Below, piece after piece: positions 13,480-26,903 of a DNA stretch of 64,000 nucleotides (positions are counted from its first letter, which is position 1; the number at the start of each line of letters is the position of its first letter). Location: contig OZ024740.1 of NCBI GenBank assembly GCA_964016885.1, forward strand, positions 107,818,001-107,882,000, in the 5' to 3' direction. A model generated the notes under the pieces. That model saw only the letters and a list, made by a program, of their open reading frames with translations. It had not been told where the DNA came from and did no database searches. A program made the translations under genes and the position numbers. This DNA comes from Eledone cirrhosa (lineage: Eukaryota).

Positions 13480-15465
13480 TATACATACACATGCACACAC
13501 ATATACATATACATATATACACACAAAATATATATAAAAATATGTGTTAGATGAGTCTGAAGAAAAAGCAAAGGAAATAACAAGTGCTCTATGTATTGAA
13601 CAGAGCATTAAAAATATATAAATATATATAAATATATTTTGTTGTTGAAAGAATGTGATAAAGGCAAAGAAAAAACGAGTGCTCTATGTAAAGAATAGAG
13701 CTGTAAAAATATTTTGTTGTTGAAAGTATGTGATAAGAGAGAATGTTCAGGAAAAGATGAAGTGAAAAAGTGAATAATATGTAAAATAAGTATAAAATAA
13801 AGTAAAATAAAATAAGTGTTGAAATATATAAAGTAAGAGAGATTGTTCAAGGTAACAGTAAGGGAAAAGAAGAAATTAATAAAATAGGTGTAATATAAAA
13901 TAAGGGCTTAATATAAGTGTTGAATGTGTGATAAAGGTCCATAGTGTTTAAAGTAAGAAAGAGTGTTCAAGGTGTAATATATGATAAGTGTTGAATGTGT
14001 GAAAAGGAGAGAGTGTTCAAGGTGGGTAAGTGTCCAAAATGGTGTTTTGATACCGAGAAAGGATGTGAGTTCTTATATGTGGGCAAATTTTAAATATCTC
14101 AGAATTAGAGTTAAGACAGGTGTTGGGAGATTTCAGATTCTATAGAATTCTATATTTTTCTGTTATGCACAAGGTACTTCTTGTGCCTTTAACATATTCC
14201 TTTGATTGGTCTATTTTAGACCAATCAATTTCATATGGGATCCCACGCTTTCATCTCCCACACTCTATTTGCCAGCGCCGTAGTTTTCTTTTTATCCAGA
14301 TGTCGAAAGGAAGCGACGTGTGCATAGTATCTTTTTTTAAAGGTATCCTGGGTCATGCCCACATAACGTTCTCTGGTAGAAGGTCGTTGTGAATAGGTCT
14401 TATAATTGCCTCATATACAACGGAATTGATGTTGCATTTGCCTTGCAAAGGACATTCACCTGGATTTCTGCATGAACATCCTGGGATTTCTCTGTCAGTT
14501 TTTCCGGTGGTGGTTTTCGATTTTATGGAAGGACTGCAAGAATAGCTAATCTTGACACAGTTCCCGTTAAAAATTTTGTTATGTTTATGGTGATGGGGGA
14601 AATTTTTATCTACTAATTCAATGAATTTTCTACCTACATTAGTTTTGAGTGTTAAAGAGAAGGGTGGTATGAACCAGATTATTTTTCTTTTCATATTATT
14701 ATGTGTAGAAGGATTAGAGGGGTTAGAAATATATTTAATTTGTTCTGTGAACTGCTATTTTTAAGGGTCTTATTATAGTAAGGAGCTGCTTTATTAAATA
14801 TTTCTTCAGAAGAGGAGAGGGAAGATATCCTACAGCTAATATTAGGGATGAGGTTTTTGAATACTATGGGATGGTGGCATGATTGTTTATTTATATACTT
14901 AAGATTCTCATTAGGTTTATGGTAAGGTTTAAATGAAGCAGTGAGTAAGTCAAGGTTTATATCAAAGAAATTTACGTTGGTAAGATTAGTATTTATAGTA
15001 ATTTTAAGATTTAGGTCAGAGAATAGTTTAATTAAATCTTTACGAAAAGTGTCGAGGTCATGGCCATTGATGGTATGAGAGATTGCTAGCCCGTCATCTT
15101 GATATAACCTGATGGTATGACCTGGGAGTTTTTCCCTTATTGTGTGTAGAAGGAACAAACCGACCAAATCACACACATCGGCACTGTCAAAGGAACCCGT
15201 AGAGACATCAAAAGGGTTTTCTGGGTTAGATTTGTTTACCCAAGATTCATTTTTGGCAAAAAGTAGAGTTTTCCGGGCATGTAAAATTACTTCCTCTTCT
15301 AAATCGGATATATTAGTGTAATTTTTAGCGAAATCTAATGCTTTGGTTAATAAAGATTGAGTTATAGAGGAGTAGAAGTCTATTATATCGAATTGAGTGA
15401 ATCTAGATCTATTTTTATCAGGTATAATATTAAACCATGAAACTACTGAAGATGTATTAAGCCAT
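12814..15465 (-). mobile_element. 5'-truncated Penelope-like retroelement (Naiad-type), degraded
   Basis: RT motifs QFDIIDFYSSI, FDVSTGSFDSADVCDLVG, LYQDDGL, FFDINLDL, YHKPN; CSCRNPGEC (CxCx5C); GIY-YIG VVYEA..YVGMT..FKKRYYAH..CPH; long microsatellite-rich 3'UTR with a hammerhead; abuts (TA)n. Confidence 0.9.
12838..12920 (-). ncRNA. Type I hammerhead ribozyme in the PLE 3' end
   Basis: Minus strand: CTCTAT-CTGACGA-A-[..CAGAC..GTCTG..]-A-GAAACC TTT GGTA-ATGGAG. Stem I is CTCTAT/ATGGAG extended by ATAAC/GTTAT; predicted cut after GUA at 12852/12851. The base of stem II is partly mispaired. Confidence 0.75.
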
Positions 15466-15485
15466 ATAGGGCGAGAAATAAAATT
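14015..15485 (-). pseudogene. PLE RT plus GIY-YIG endonuclease ORF with frameshifts
   Basis: One frame is open 15485-14691 (RT), continues in ORF 14353-14694 (linker, CxCx5C), then in frameshifted endonuclease segments. Confidence 0.9.
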
Positions 15486-15790
15486 CTAATTCTATTTTTA
15501 ATATTCGGCAAGGCCAGCCGTAACTTTCTTGGTATGCAAATGAGGCTACTCAGCCGATGTGTACTTGAGAAAATACTATATATTTTCAACCGTTCAACAG
15601 ACTGGCAGAAGTATAGTCCTGATGAAGGGTAATGACCCAGAAACATGTTGATTGTTCCTCAAAGCCAATGTTGAACAAACAGGTGATGATTGGTCAATGG
15701 CACAGCACAACATCAAACTGGGCCGTTTGTTTACAAGTGAATCGACCATTATTATTAATGTTCGATATAACCCACACATACATATGTATG
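15461..15790 (+). mobile_element. Hammerhead-containing non-coding element related to the 39.1-40.2 kb tandem unit
   Basis: Collinear blocks shared with the minus strand of 39250-39590: TATGCAAAT.AGGCT.CTCAGCCG, CGTTCAAC, CTGGCAGA, CTGATGA..GAAAC, GTTCCT, TGTTGAACAAA.AGGT, GTTTGTTTACAA. Confidence 0.8.
15613..15655 (+). ncRNA. Minimal type I hammerhead ribozyme
   Basis: ATAGTC-CTGATGA-A-GGGT AATG ACCC-A-GAAAC AT GTT-GATTGT. Stem I is ATAGTC/GATTGT; stem III is palindromic ACATGT; the cleavage triplet is GUU, possibly decayed from GUC. Confidence 0.75.
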
Positions 15791-16098
15791 TGTATATATG
15801 TGTGTGTATGTATATATATATGTGTGTGTGTATATCTATGTGTGTACGTGTGCATACTTACTTACATACATACATACATATATAGTGTACATTAAGTATT
15901 TACAAGTAACAGAACAAAAACAGGAGGGGAGTAGATGACCTCCTCCAATAGGTCGTGGGCCCATGTTAACTACCCAAACCATGACCATGCTTTTCTCCTG
16001 CCCAGATTATAATAACTGATTGCATTTAAAACATAGCTGTACTTTATGAATGATGAGAAACAACCAGGGTGTGGTTATTAACCAGTAAACAGTACAGT

Positions 16099-16326
16099 TT
16101 AACCCTTTAGCATTCACATTATTTTATATATACTATTATATTTTCATGGTAAAGGCTTTACCACACATAATTATCTCACATAATATCGAATCTGTGAGAT
16201 TTTGAAAGTATTTATTTTGAGAACAATACCTTAACATCAGTTTGAGCAACCAGTTACAGCCAGTTTCAACAGAAAGAGGTAGAGAATTCTGGCCGGTTTT
16301 AGCCGGTTTGAACACTAAAGGGTTAA
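16099..16326. mobile_element. TTAA-flanked piggyBac-like MITE (family 1), opposite orientation to the 8150 copy
   Basis: TTAACCCTTTAGCATT..CACTAAAGGGTTAA. Confidence 0.8.
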
Positions 16327-16519
16327 TCCTTTAAAAACGAACTTTCCAGAAATCATCTCTATTAAAAAAAATGTTCAAATCTAACCCTTTCACTACTATA
16401 TTTTTATAGATCAAGAATACGGACGGTTTAGTTATATAACAAATTTTCTATATAACTAAACAAATTTTTAACAAAAACCTCTGATAAATAAAATCCTCAA
16501 TTTATAAAATAATTTAATA

Positions 16520-17065
16520 GTGGGATCTCAGGTAGGTTAGCTAAAAACATAGGTTTTACATGTGCATAGGAGCAGTAACCAGCAAATGCCCATAGGAAAC
16601 AAGTGCTATCAAATTCTTGGAGGAGGGTTTGGTAGAAGCAGTAGACAGCTTCTGCTTACCTGGGTGACCAAATAAGCAGCGGAGATAGGTGTCCGAAACT
16701 ACAGTAGCCAGAGTGAGAATAGGATGGAAAAAGTTCAGGGAGCTACTACCGTTGCTAGCTACTAAAGGTTTTTCCCTCAAGACAAAGGGCAGATTGTATG
16801 ATGCATGTATACAAACAGCAATGTTGCATGGTAGCAAAACCTGGGTGCTGTGTGCAGAGGACCTCTGAAAATTAAAGAGAAATGAAGCTTGCATGCTTCA
16901 ATAGATGTGTAATAGTAACATATGTGAATGGCAAAACATAAATGAACTGAGAGAGAAACTGGGCATAAGAGGGATCAGATGTAGTGTGCAGGAGAAGAGA
17001 TTGTGTTGGTATGGACATGTGATGTATATGAAGGATAACAGCTGTATAAAAAGGTGCAATTAAAG
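16520..17065 (+). pseudogene. Degraded RTE LINE RT C-terminal fragment
   Basis: Encodes FCLPG, GWKKFRELLPLL, GRLYDACIQTAMLHGS, LERNEACML and WYGHV segments; homologous to 37699-38667. Confidence 0.85.
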
Positions 17066-19529
17066 ACATTGCCTATACTTTTCAATTCATTTGGAAAATA
17101 ATGAAGAATTTGGGGGGACTTGGTAATATAATTGATTTTTTCATTATTTTGGAACATAAAGGTTCTTACATAAAATTATAATCTCAGGGTTTTTAGCTAG
17201 ATATAAACACTTTGAAATACACAGTACAGGCGGCACTGTGTAAATTGTTTCTGTCTCCAGGGTTTATATGACCAACTTATACTATGTTTCATAGTCAAAC
17301 AACTTCTAACTTTAAAATTCAAAACTTCCTATCGCTCAACAGTTCTAAAAATAGATTATTTAAACACTTTAGTGTTAAAGAACCAAGTGGGTTTCAGTTG
17401 GTATCAAGAGTTTAAGAAATAAACCTATTTGACAAAACAAAAGTATAGTTAGAAGAAGATGAAAGATAAGTAGTTCCCTAGGGGTATATATGGTGAGAGT
17501 GGATGAGGCTGTAAGTAGCTGGAATGTTTATGAAACTAAGCCAATGTGTCTGGAAATATGGTGTGAGATAGTCAATGGTTAGTGATGCTCTGCAATCAGT
17601 GATTATCAACACAAATAAACATAATTTATAACAGAGAGAAATTGAAGTGGCATAAGAAAATCTACAGAAAATCTAATGTATCATCAAACTTTCTATATCT
17701 TCTTGGAACCTTTTAATCACACATAAATACATATACACAACTATAAACACATACACAATGGTAAACATAAGCACATACACAACTATAAGCATGCACACAA
17801 TGGTAAGCATGAACAGAAACACACACATACACAACTCTAAACACACAAACAACAGTAGACATGATCACAAACACACATAAACAAAAATACATTCAAACAG
17901 ACATACAAACCAGACAAACATATACACACACATATATACACACAATCACACACCCACCCACACTCACACACCCACACATGTGCAAACACACAAAACAAAC
18001 ATATACACAATCAAACACACTATCACATACCCAAGCAAACACACTAGCACATACACAAGCAAACACACAAACACATATACAAGCAAACACAAGCACACAA
18101 ACACACACAAATGAAACATTGCCAATAAGAACATTTCATATTTGCTTCTGCACTTCCGTAGGAAATAACAGGAATTAGACTGCAGATGTTTCAATAAAAT
18201 ATATAAATCACATACATAGCCTTTTGGGTTAAATAGCAGGACTTATGAGAAAATGTTATTAAACTTCATGCACAGGCGTGGCTGTTTGGTTAAGAAGGCT
18301 GCTTCATTGCTACTATGCACTTCTGGGTATCAATCCCACTGTGAAATACCTAGTGCAAGTGTTTTCTACCACAACCTTGGGTTGACCAAAGCCTTGGGGG
18401 TGAAATTTGGTAAACAGAAATTGTGTGAAAGCCTATCAAATAAGCTGCTCTTGTTTGAAGGAGATATACTTAATCCGTCCCCAAGTGTAACTTGATTAAT
18501 ACCAATCCACCTTAAACTGTCCCTAGTTCTGCAATACTTTTATGTAAGAAATGTTATGTTCCAAATCACCTGAAACTGTCCGTTTCTATAATATAAAACT
18601 GTTTGTTGTAAAGTGTTTATATTCATCTAAAACCTTCCATCATACTTTTATGTACGAACTTTTAAGTTGTGTTCCAAATATCAACTTAATAAGAAATTAC
18701 ATTACTAAATTTTCACAAATTCTCGATTATTTTCAAAATTATTTAAAAATCATAGGAAACGTCTTGGTATCACGTGGTCTAGTATCAAAGGGGTTAATGG
18801 AATTAACATAAGATAAGCCAAACAAGATATAGGATAAGGTGTAGCTTAGTACTTTCCTATTTTCCTGTATTCCTAGGAGACACATTCTGAAAACCCAATT
18901 TATATATTTTGCTCTTTTACTAATCTGTCAACATACCTCCACTTGATAAATCTTTATTTTTCTTTCCCAACAATCAATTTCCTAAGCCCGTTCAGTATAA
19001 AATAATATGACATTTGATATTTGAGTTTTTAGCCATAGAACTAAGCTTGCATATTAAACCATGTCCAAATTATTTAAAATAATATTAAATGAACAAACAA
19101 AGGCAATATTAACCCCTTTGGTACCAAACTGTCTAAAACAGTTCAAGGCTATTTATTTTAAAGTGTTTATATTTACCAAAAGATATTCCATCATAAATTT
19201 AAATAAAATCCTTTGTTCCAAACACTAGCTTAATAGTGAAAAAGTTAGTTAAATAAGTAAAATCCCTTTAGATTCTTGATTATGTTTTAAATGATTTGAA
19301 AATCATAGGTTGTAACTTTCATTAGAAATATAATAATGAAAGGGTTAATAAATACAAGCCAAAGTTCAATCATATTAAACTAATTGATGCTACTCCTTCT
19401 CAATATGTTCATATAAAATACCTGGATGTTCCAGATACCAGCTTAATAATGAGAAAATGATATTACTAAATACCTCCAAATTATTAATTATTTGAAAATC
19501 ATAAGCAGTATTTTCATTAGAAATATGAT

Positions 19530-19711
19530 AATTGTTTCTACATTTGACACAAGGCCAGCAATTAACCAGTGTATTACTGGTACTTTATTTTATCGACCCT
19601 GTAAGGATGAAAGGCAAAGTTAGCCTCGGCGGGATTTGAACTCAGATCGTAAAGGGATGTAACTACGCTGGAAAGCATGTCTGACCCTCTACCAATACTG
19701 CCAATTCACCA
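19530..19711 (-). mobile_element. tRNA-derived Nin/Deu-domain SINE
   Basis: On the minus strand TGGCAGTATTGG (A box), GAGTTCAAATCC (B box) and GCCTTTCATCCTTAC.GGGTCGATAAAATAAAGTACCAG; nested in a TTAA MITE. Confidence 0.85.
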
Positions 19712-20030
19712 TGAAAGAGTTAATGCTACATTTCTTAAAACAATCTTAAAAACAACATTACACTTAGTTTGGTTTTGAGGTAAAATTAGAAGCAGGAATA
19801 TTTATTCTAAAAAACCCTGCTGAGTTAGAAATAATAGAAACATTAATAGCACAACTTGTGCTTCTTACATACTTTGTTTCTTTCTTTAATGTACTTAAAA
19901 CTAAAACATTTTGAGAAGTAAGCTAGAAGAGATCAAATTACTGACTGAGTTATAAAGTAAACATGGAATGATATACAGGTTCCAGTCGAGTAATGGAAAC
20001 ACACCAACAAGATTTACGAGGATAATTTGG

Positions 20031-20577
20031 TTAACCCTTTTGTTATCATATTTCTAATGAAAGACAATCTATAATTTTCAAATAATTTTGAAAATAATCA
20101 AGAATTTGAAAGAGGTTAGTGCTATAACAAACTTTCTCGTTATTAAGCTAGAGTTTGGAACATAACAAAAGTTCTTACCTAAAATTATAATGATTTCTAC
20201 GATAGGCACAAGGCCAGCAATTTGGGGAGAGGGGAAAGTCGATTAAATAGACGCCAGTGCATTACTGGTGCTTTATTTTATTAACCCTGTAAGATTGAAA
20301 AGCAAAGCTAACCTCACATAAAATTATAATTGTTTCTACTTTTGGCACAAGGCCAGCAATTACCCAATGCATTACTGGTACTTTATTCTATCGACCCCGG
20401 AAGGATGAAAGGCAAAGTTAACCTCGGCAGGATTTGAACTCAGATCATACAGGGAGGTAACCTCACATAAAATTATAATGGGAGATTTTTAGTTAGATAT
20501 AAACATTTTAAAGTAAACGGTTTTTCTATCATATAACTTGGGCAGGTTTCAGACAGTTTGGTATCAAAAGGGTTAAA
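20031..20577. mobile_element. TTAA-flanked MITE (family 2) with nested Nin-SINE pieces
   Basis: TTAACCCTTTTGTTATCATATTTC..GGTATCAAAAGGGTTAA; relatives near 3655, 8714, 19108, 36335, 44372, 46913 and 63043. Confidence 0.7.
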
Positions 20578-21444
20578 CAAACTGAGAATGTTGTAAAAGC
20601 AATAATTTTTGTATAATTGAACTAAATAAATAGAACATTTCAGAAACATTTTAGTTATAAGGGTGCTCAGGATTTCACTTTTTTTTTTTAAAATAAAAGC
20701 TAGAGCGTTGGTGAGTGGGGATGCAGAGGACAAAACAAAACGAAGAAGCTTATCATGGACCTGTGTGGCTAACATATGCTTTAGAAGATATGGCCTTAAT
20801 CATTCTGTTATCTTATTTCTAATGAAAGACATCGTCTATAATTTTCAAATGATTTTGAAAATAATCCAAAATTTGGAAGGATTTAGCAATATAACTGATT
20901 TTCTCATTTCATAGCTGGTTCTTGGAACATAACTTAAATCTTCTTACAAAAAATTATGATGGAAGATTTTTAAAATAAATATAAACACTTTAGTAAGGTT
21001 TGGTAACAGAAGGATTAAAACGCTTGTTGTAACCTTTTGTCATGCTGTCAGACTTTCTGTTTTGGCATAAGTTTGTTGCAATTATATATATCTGGAACAG
21101 GTGTATTAACATATTAATAGGCTCCATCAAAACCCTCACTGTGTCATAATTGTAGCAATGCTTATTTTTCCAGCTATTTTTAGATTTACCATTTCTGAAG
21201 CAATGAATTTTATAAAACTCTGAGAATTCATCTGCATTCATGTTATAACTAGAGCCATAAAAAACTAATAGTTTCAACAGAAGCATCTACACCTTCATGG
21301 AATCCTTGACTCTTCATTGACCCCCAGACATGTACAAAAATAAATAAGTAAATAAATAAATCAGTAAACAGTACTTAAAATAAGCAAAGTTTAATTATAT
21401 ATAAATCAGAAACTTATATAAACAAGTTGTATTTTATTGTAATC

Positions 21445-21950
21445 TTCTTCTTCGCCCACTTATTCCTGAGAAGATCATGGGGGCAGAGTCCTCAAACACT
21501 CTTACCAGCGGTTCCTGTCAGAAGCAAATATCTCCAACTAATCTGGCTGGATCCCCAAGCATGGCCAGCCAAGCTCATGGATGTTATCCAACCATCTTGC
21601 TCAGGGTCTACCACTGGCTCTCCTGCTGGTTGGTTTTGCCCGTAAAATCTGTCTGGGGATTCTCAGCTGAGACATTCTAACCACATGCCCATAGTATCAG
21701 AGCTATGATCTCTCAATTCGAAGAAGTAGTGGCTCTACCTGGAGTGACTCTCTGATTTCCGAGTTACGCACTTTATTGAGTAACATTACTCCAAAGACCC
21801 TTCGGAGGAATCCCATTTCGGCTGCTTGTATTTGCAATCATATTCTTTCGGTCATTACCCAAGATTCATGATCATAGGTAAATGTTGGTACGAATACCGA
21901 ATTGAAGATAGCGAGTTTGGCTTTTACACCTACCTCCCTTCTTCTGATTA
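21445..21950 (-). pseudogene. 3' fragment of a second RTE-clade LINE
   Basis: Minus strand gives IFVPTFTYDHESWVMT..AAEMGFLRRV..VRNSEIRESLQVEPLLLRIERS..YYGHVVRM..GRP, with stops. Confidence 0.8.
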
Positions 21951-24900
21951 CTGAGGCTGGTGCATTACTGCACCAGCTCCTGCAGTTCAGTAATTTTATT
22001 GTAATATTTTATGTATTTTTACTCCTTAGACAAATGTTAGGTTTTGGTGCAAAAGTTCAATTGACTCCCTGGGTAGTTTCATAGACCCTTGAGGGTTGAT
22101 ATCCACAACTTAGGGGACACCTGTTCTATTGGATATATGCATGCTGCTCTTGGTTATCTATATTCCCCAAAAATGACATCATCATCATCATCATCCTCAT
22201 TTATATGCTGGCATGGGTTGGAGAGGTTATCATAACTTGAGTCAGTCTTTACTCAAAGTTACTGCCCTCCTAGATAGGTCTGGAGATCATTTAATAATAA
22301 TGTTCTAAATTTTGGCATGGTTTCTACGGCTGGATGCCCTTTCTAACACCAACCACTTTACAGAGTATATCGGATGCCTTTTATCATGGCCCAAACACTA
22401 GAGAAGTTTTCACACCTTCAACAAGACTAAAGACTTCTCTCTACTTAATATTGTCATTGTATGATGTTCAACACACATAGTGCAGTGATATATGTTAAGC
22501 TCTGTATAAACTATTTATTCTTATTTGGAGAAAGCAGGAACTTTGGTCAGTACAGTTTGCAGAATAGACAGTGTTGATGTCAGGAAAGGCATCCACTGTA
22601 AAGCACTTACAAGTTGGAGGATTATCATAATTGAAACTTCTTAACCATTTGGCCACGCTGTCTGTGTCTATATTGGAAAATGTAGTTGGTATAAAAACTG
22701 ACCAAGCTTCAACTAGCTTTGTAACTTTAACCCTTTTGTTATCATATTTCTACTGAAAAACAATATTTATGATTTTCAAATAATTTTCAAATAATCTAGA
22801 ATTTAGAGGGTTTAGTTTCAAGGAAATCCCAGTGGAAGGAAGCCACAGTAGAGGTAAACCAATGAAGACCTGAGCAGAGGTAGTGAGAGCTGAGTCTCAA
22901 GGAGATGACGAAGGAGAGATGCTGTGCTGAAAATGACCCATGCAAGCATGGAAAAACGAACATTAAAATGATGATAATGATTTCCAACATAATCTAAGAA
23001 AGGCTATTATATAAAATTATAATAGAAGATATTTTTAGATAAATATAGATAAACACTTTAGAACAAACAGTTTAGCATTGTTGAACCAGAGTAGGTATCT
23101 GGTAGTTTGATAAAAAATTAAATAAAGCTGAGTTGTAAAAGTATTTGAGTATCAAAAGCCTCATTTGGTAAGTAAACCCAAATAGAAATGTCTGCAAGGA
23201 TCATGAGTACTGTCTCCTCTACTCCAATTACATTATAAAAATACTCTGTCTCTGTCTGTCTGACTCTCTTTGTAAACTGAGTAAATAGTTGCATCACATA
23301 TTAGATTTCTATTTGTTGATGAAAGAGTTCAGTTCTAGAAATGGTATCCAGCCACAGAACACTTGATACAAGAACTCATACAAAAGTCCTTAGCTGCTAC
23401 ATTCCTGTTTAAGCCAAACAAATGAAAAAATTGAGAGGGGTACTAGAACTATCAATGTATCACTATTACTATTCTCTGGTATTTAACAGGAAATTGTTGA
23501 ATAAAATATATATGTTGAAATTCACTGAATCTATGAATTCAGGAATTTAGATTCCTTTACTAAACATTTCCTTTATCTTCCCCATTCACCCCCTCTTCCT
23601 TTCAATCATTTTCCACCTCTCTTTTCTTTTTTCCATTAATTTATTTATTTATTTATTAGGGGTCCCCTTTCCTATTCAAATATCAGCTAACCACTTTGTG
23701 GCATTTCAAAGAAAATGCCAAACTGTGTCTGGAGGAGAAAAGCAAGCTGTAGAGGTTTTTTTTTTTCTTTTTCTGACACATATCATTCTCTGCTAATAAA
23801 ATATTTACTATAAACTGTAATGAATGAATAAATAATGTTATTTCCCCCAATTGTATACTACAAATATTGTTTCTATATGAAAAAAAAGTAGCCACTAATA
23901 TCTTAAGGATTATTTTGGTCAAAGCCTAGAAACTATATACTTTCTGGATAAGATAATTAAACTTGTGGCCCTATTGATGATGAAAGAAGTTCCTTTAGCA
24001 TATACCCTCTAAGCAGCCAGTAGTTTTTTTTTTTTTATAATTTGGTTTTTGCTGCTTATCTCTAAAAAGTGAACATTAGTAACTTTGTATGACATGACTA
24101 AACAACCAGTGTGTATGATTTCTAACTGAGATCTCACAGAAGTTTTCTGTCTGACTTTATCAAAGAAGCTATTAAGTGCTCAGGTTGGCTACTTTGATAA
24201 AACAGAAAAAAATCTCCCTGGTTACACTGAAAGGAAAATTTAATCTTTTTCAATAAGTATAAAAAATGTGTTTTTCTTCAACAAACTCCCTTAAGGTGTT
24301 TATTTTGAAGAAAAGTACTTTCTTTATCAGTTAAAAGAAAGAAATAAAGATGTTTCAGTTGGGCCTGTGTTTAAGAAAGGAAAATGATCCTAGTCATTAC
24401 ACAGACTCCAATTTAACTCATGAACTAACATGTAAGTGGCTGAGTATTCCACAGTCATGTGTACCCTTAATGATTTTTCCATGCCAAATCCACATGACAT
24501 AATATGTGACAAGTTTGGACCTTTGATTTACAAATACAAACTACCAAATGGGCTTCAACACAGTTTTCATGTACCAAATTTCACTGACAAAGCTTTAGTC
24601 AACTTGAGGAGGTGGTGAAATACACCCAAGATGATATGTCATGGGATTGAATATAGGACCTCAGGATTGTGAAGCAAGTTTCTTAATCATTCATCATTGA
24701 GTGTTTAACTGTTTTATCAACTGTATATTGATAATTATACATTGTAGGAATTATAAGGATCATCCTCATCATCATTATCACCATTTAATGTCTATTTTTC
24801 CATGCTAGCATGGGTTAGACGAGACAACTAGTCTAACCCATGCTAACGTGGAAAAATGGATGTTAAATGATGAAGATAATTATCATGATGATCCTTAACA

Positions 24901-26697
24901 TAATTCCTAAACTGAATCAGTATATCATGTGACAAGAGTAGATCTTTGAATTACAGGTAGAAATCCATCCAACAGGTTTCCACAGTTTCCATCTACCCAA
25001 TTTCACTCATGAGGTTTCGTTTGACTTGAGGCTGTGATAAAAGCACTTGCCTAAGATGCTACACAGTGAGACCAAACCCTGAACCTCATGTTTGTGAAGT
25101 GAACTTCTTAACTTCTCAGCTTGTATTAATTGCTAGCTGGTTACTAATTGAACTATAATAACAAATATTATTATCAGTATGTATAATTCCCAGGAAACCC
25201 TGACATATTCTAGAACAGCAGATCAAATAGATGATAACCACATAAAACACAAACATAACATTGAAATGTCAGTAGAATGTGAGAGAGATTTCTGAGAGAC
25301 ATTGAGGTTTTCATTCTCTTTAATTTTCTGTTAATTTTTAGTGATTGTGGAAAATGTGTGGCCTAGTTGTTAGGGTGTTAAGTTCAAGATCATAAGGTCA
25401 TTCATTCAGTGTAACTTTCTGCTTTTTGTGGTTGTGGAGGTATGTGGTCTACTAGTTAAGGTGTTGAGTTCATGATTGTAAGTTCATTCATTCTGTGTAA
25501 CTTTTTTTTTGTGGCTGTGAAGGTGTATGGCTTAGTGGTTAGGGTGTTTAGTTCATGACTGTACATGTGTTTTCTACTCTAGCCTTGGGTCAATCAGAGA
25601 GTTGTAAGTGAATTTAACAAACAGAAACCAGGTGAAGCTTGTCAGAGTGACTACTCCTATTCTGTCACCTGGTTTAACACCACCACAGTCCTAGTGGATA
25701 CAATGTTGGTCTCATGACTGTAAGGCCATGGGTTTAATTCCCAGATTAGCTACCATATTTCCTTGAGCAAGACACTTCATTTCACATTTACCCAGTTCAT
25801 TCAGCTGAAAAAAGAAATGAGTGACAGCAGTAGCTGGGTGTTAATCTTGCACAGACTGATTAGTATCCAGTCCATTTTAGGAGAGTCTTGCATTCTCAGT
25901 CACTTAACACCAATGAATCCAAGATAAGCACCAGCCAATGGAGCTTCTGGGTTTGGAACAGACTATAAATTTTAGTGGTTTTATGAAATGTTACACTGGT
26001 AATTCTTTGAAATTTCAAGCTATGTATTGATAGATAACAGTAAAAACCTGTCGCTAAAAAACCTGCCTGTAAAAAAACACACACAAACAACCAGAAAAAG
26101 AAATTATATGTATTATATAACAAACAAATGTCATAATCTTTTTTTAAAGTCTGTCGTCATCACTTTCATTCTGATATCATAAACGATCCATCACTCTTTC
26201 ACACACACTCTCTCTCTCCCTGTATTTCTCTCTCAAGAACAACAACTTTCCCCTCCTACTTATATGTTGTCACAGACTACAGAGGGAGAAACAACTTCTC
26301 TTTTATAATATAGATTGTCACATCATTACTGACATATATATTGCCATCATCATCATCATTTCACCATCAACAATTTTATGTCCACTTTTTCATACTGGCA
26401 CAATTTGGACAAGACATTTTTAGGCCATATTCTATGGTCTGATACCCTTACTGACATCCATCCATACTTATTCCACTGATCGAACTACTAAGCACATATT
26501 GTTTATACAGGATATAAACAAACACCAGTGGTTCTTTTTATTTTTAAGTAGTGACAAGGTGGAAACACACACACACACACATTATGGAAAGCAAGATGAA
26601 ATTAAGCACCATGATCAAAAACACTATATACCATCCAGTCCAAGAATTGAAACCACAAATGTATGATCGTCAATCTAACACCCCAACCATTTGGCCA

Positions 26698-26734
<37 letters not shown>

Positions 26735-26749
26735 CATATATATCTATAT

Positions 26750-26903
26750 ATAATATATAAGATCAAAAGATGGTTAAAAGAGTTCCATGTATTTTATTAT
26801 GCGCATTTCAAAAACAAATATCATCATGATGATATTTGTTTTTGAAATGCGCATAATAAAATACATGGAACTCTTTTAACCATCTTTTGATCTTATATAT
26901 TAT
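26750..26903. repeat. Perfect 154-bp palindrome (77-bp arms, no spacer)
   Basis: Centre ATCATCA|TGATGAT at 26826/26827; the arms are exact reverse complements. Confidence 0.92.

Noticed and set aside
13018-13608. Long YI/CV/HT-rich ORFs (also near 10.0, 17.9, 52.3, 54.6 and 61.7 kb)
   Set aside because: Dinucleotide microsatellite artefacts.
25896-26123. Possible minus-strand exon (AGFLATGFYCYL)
   Set aside because: Good acceptor but no clear donor or recognisable homology.
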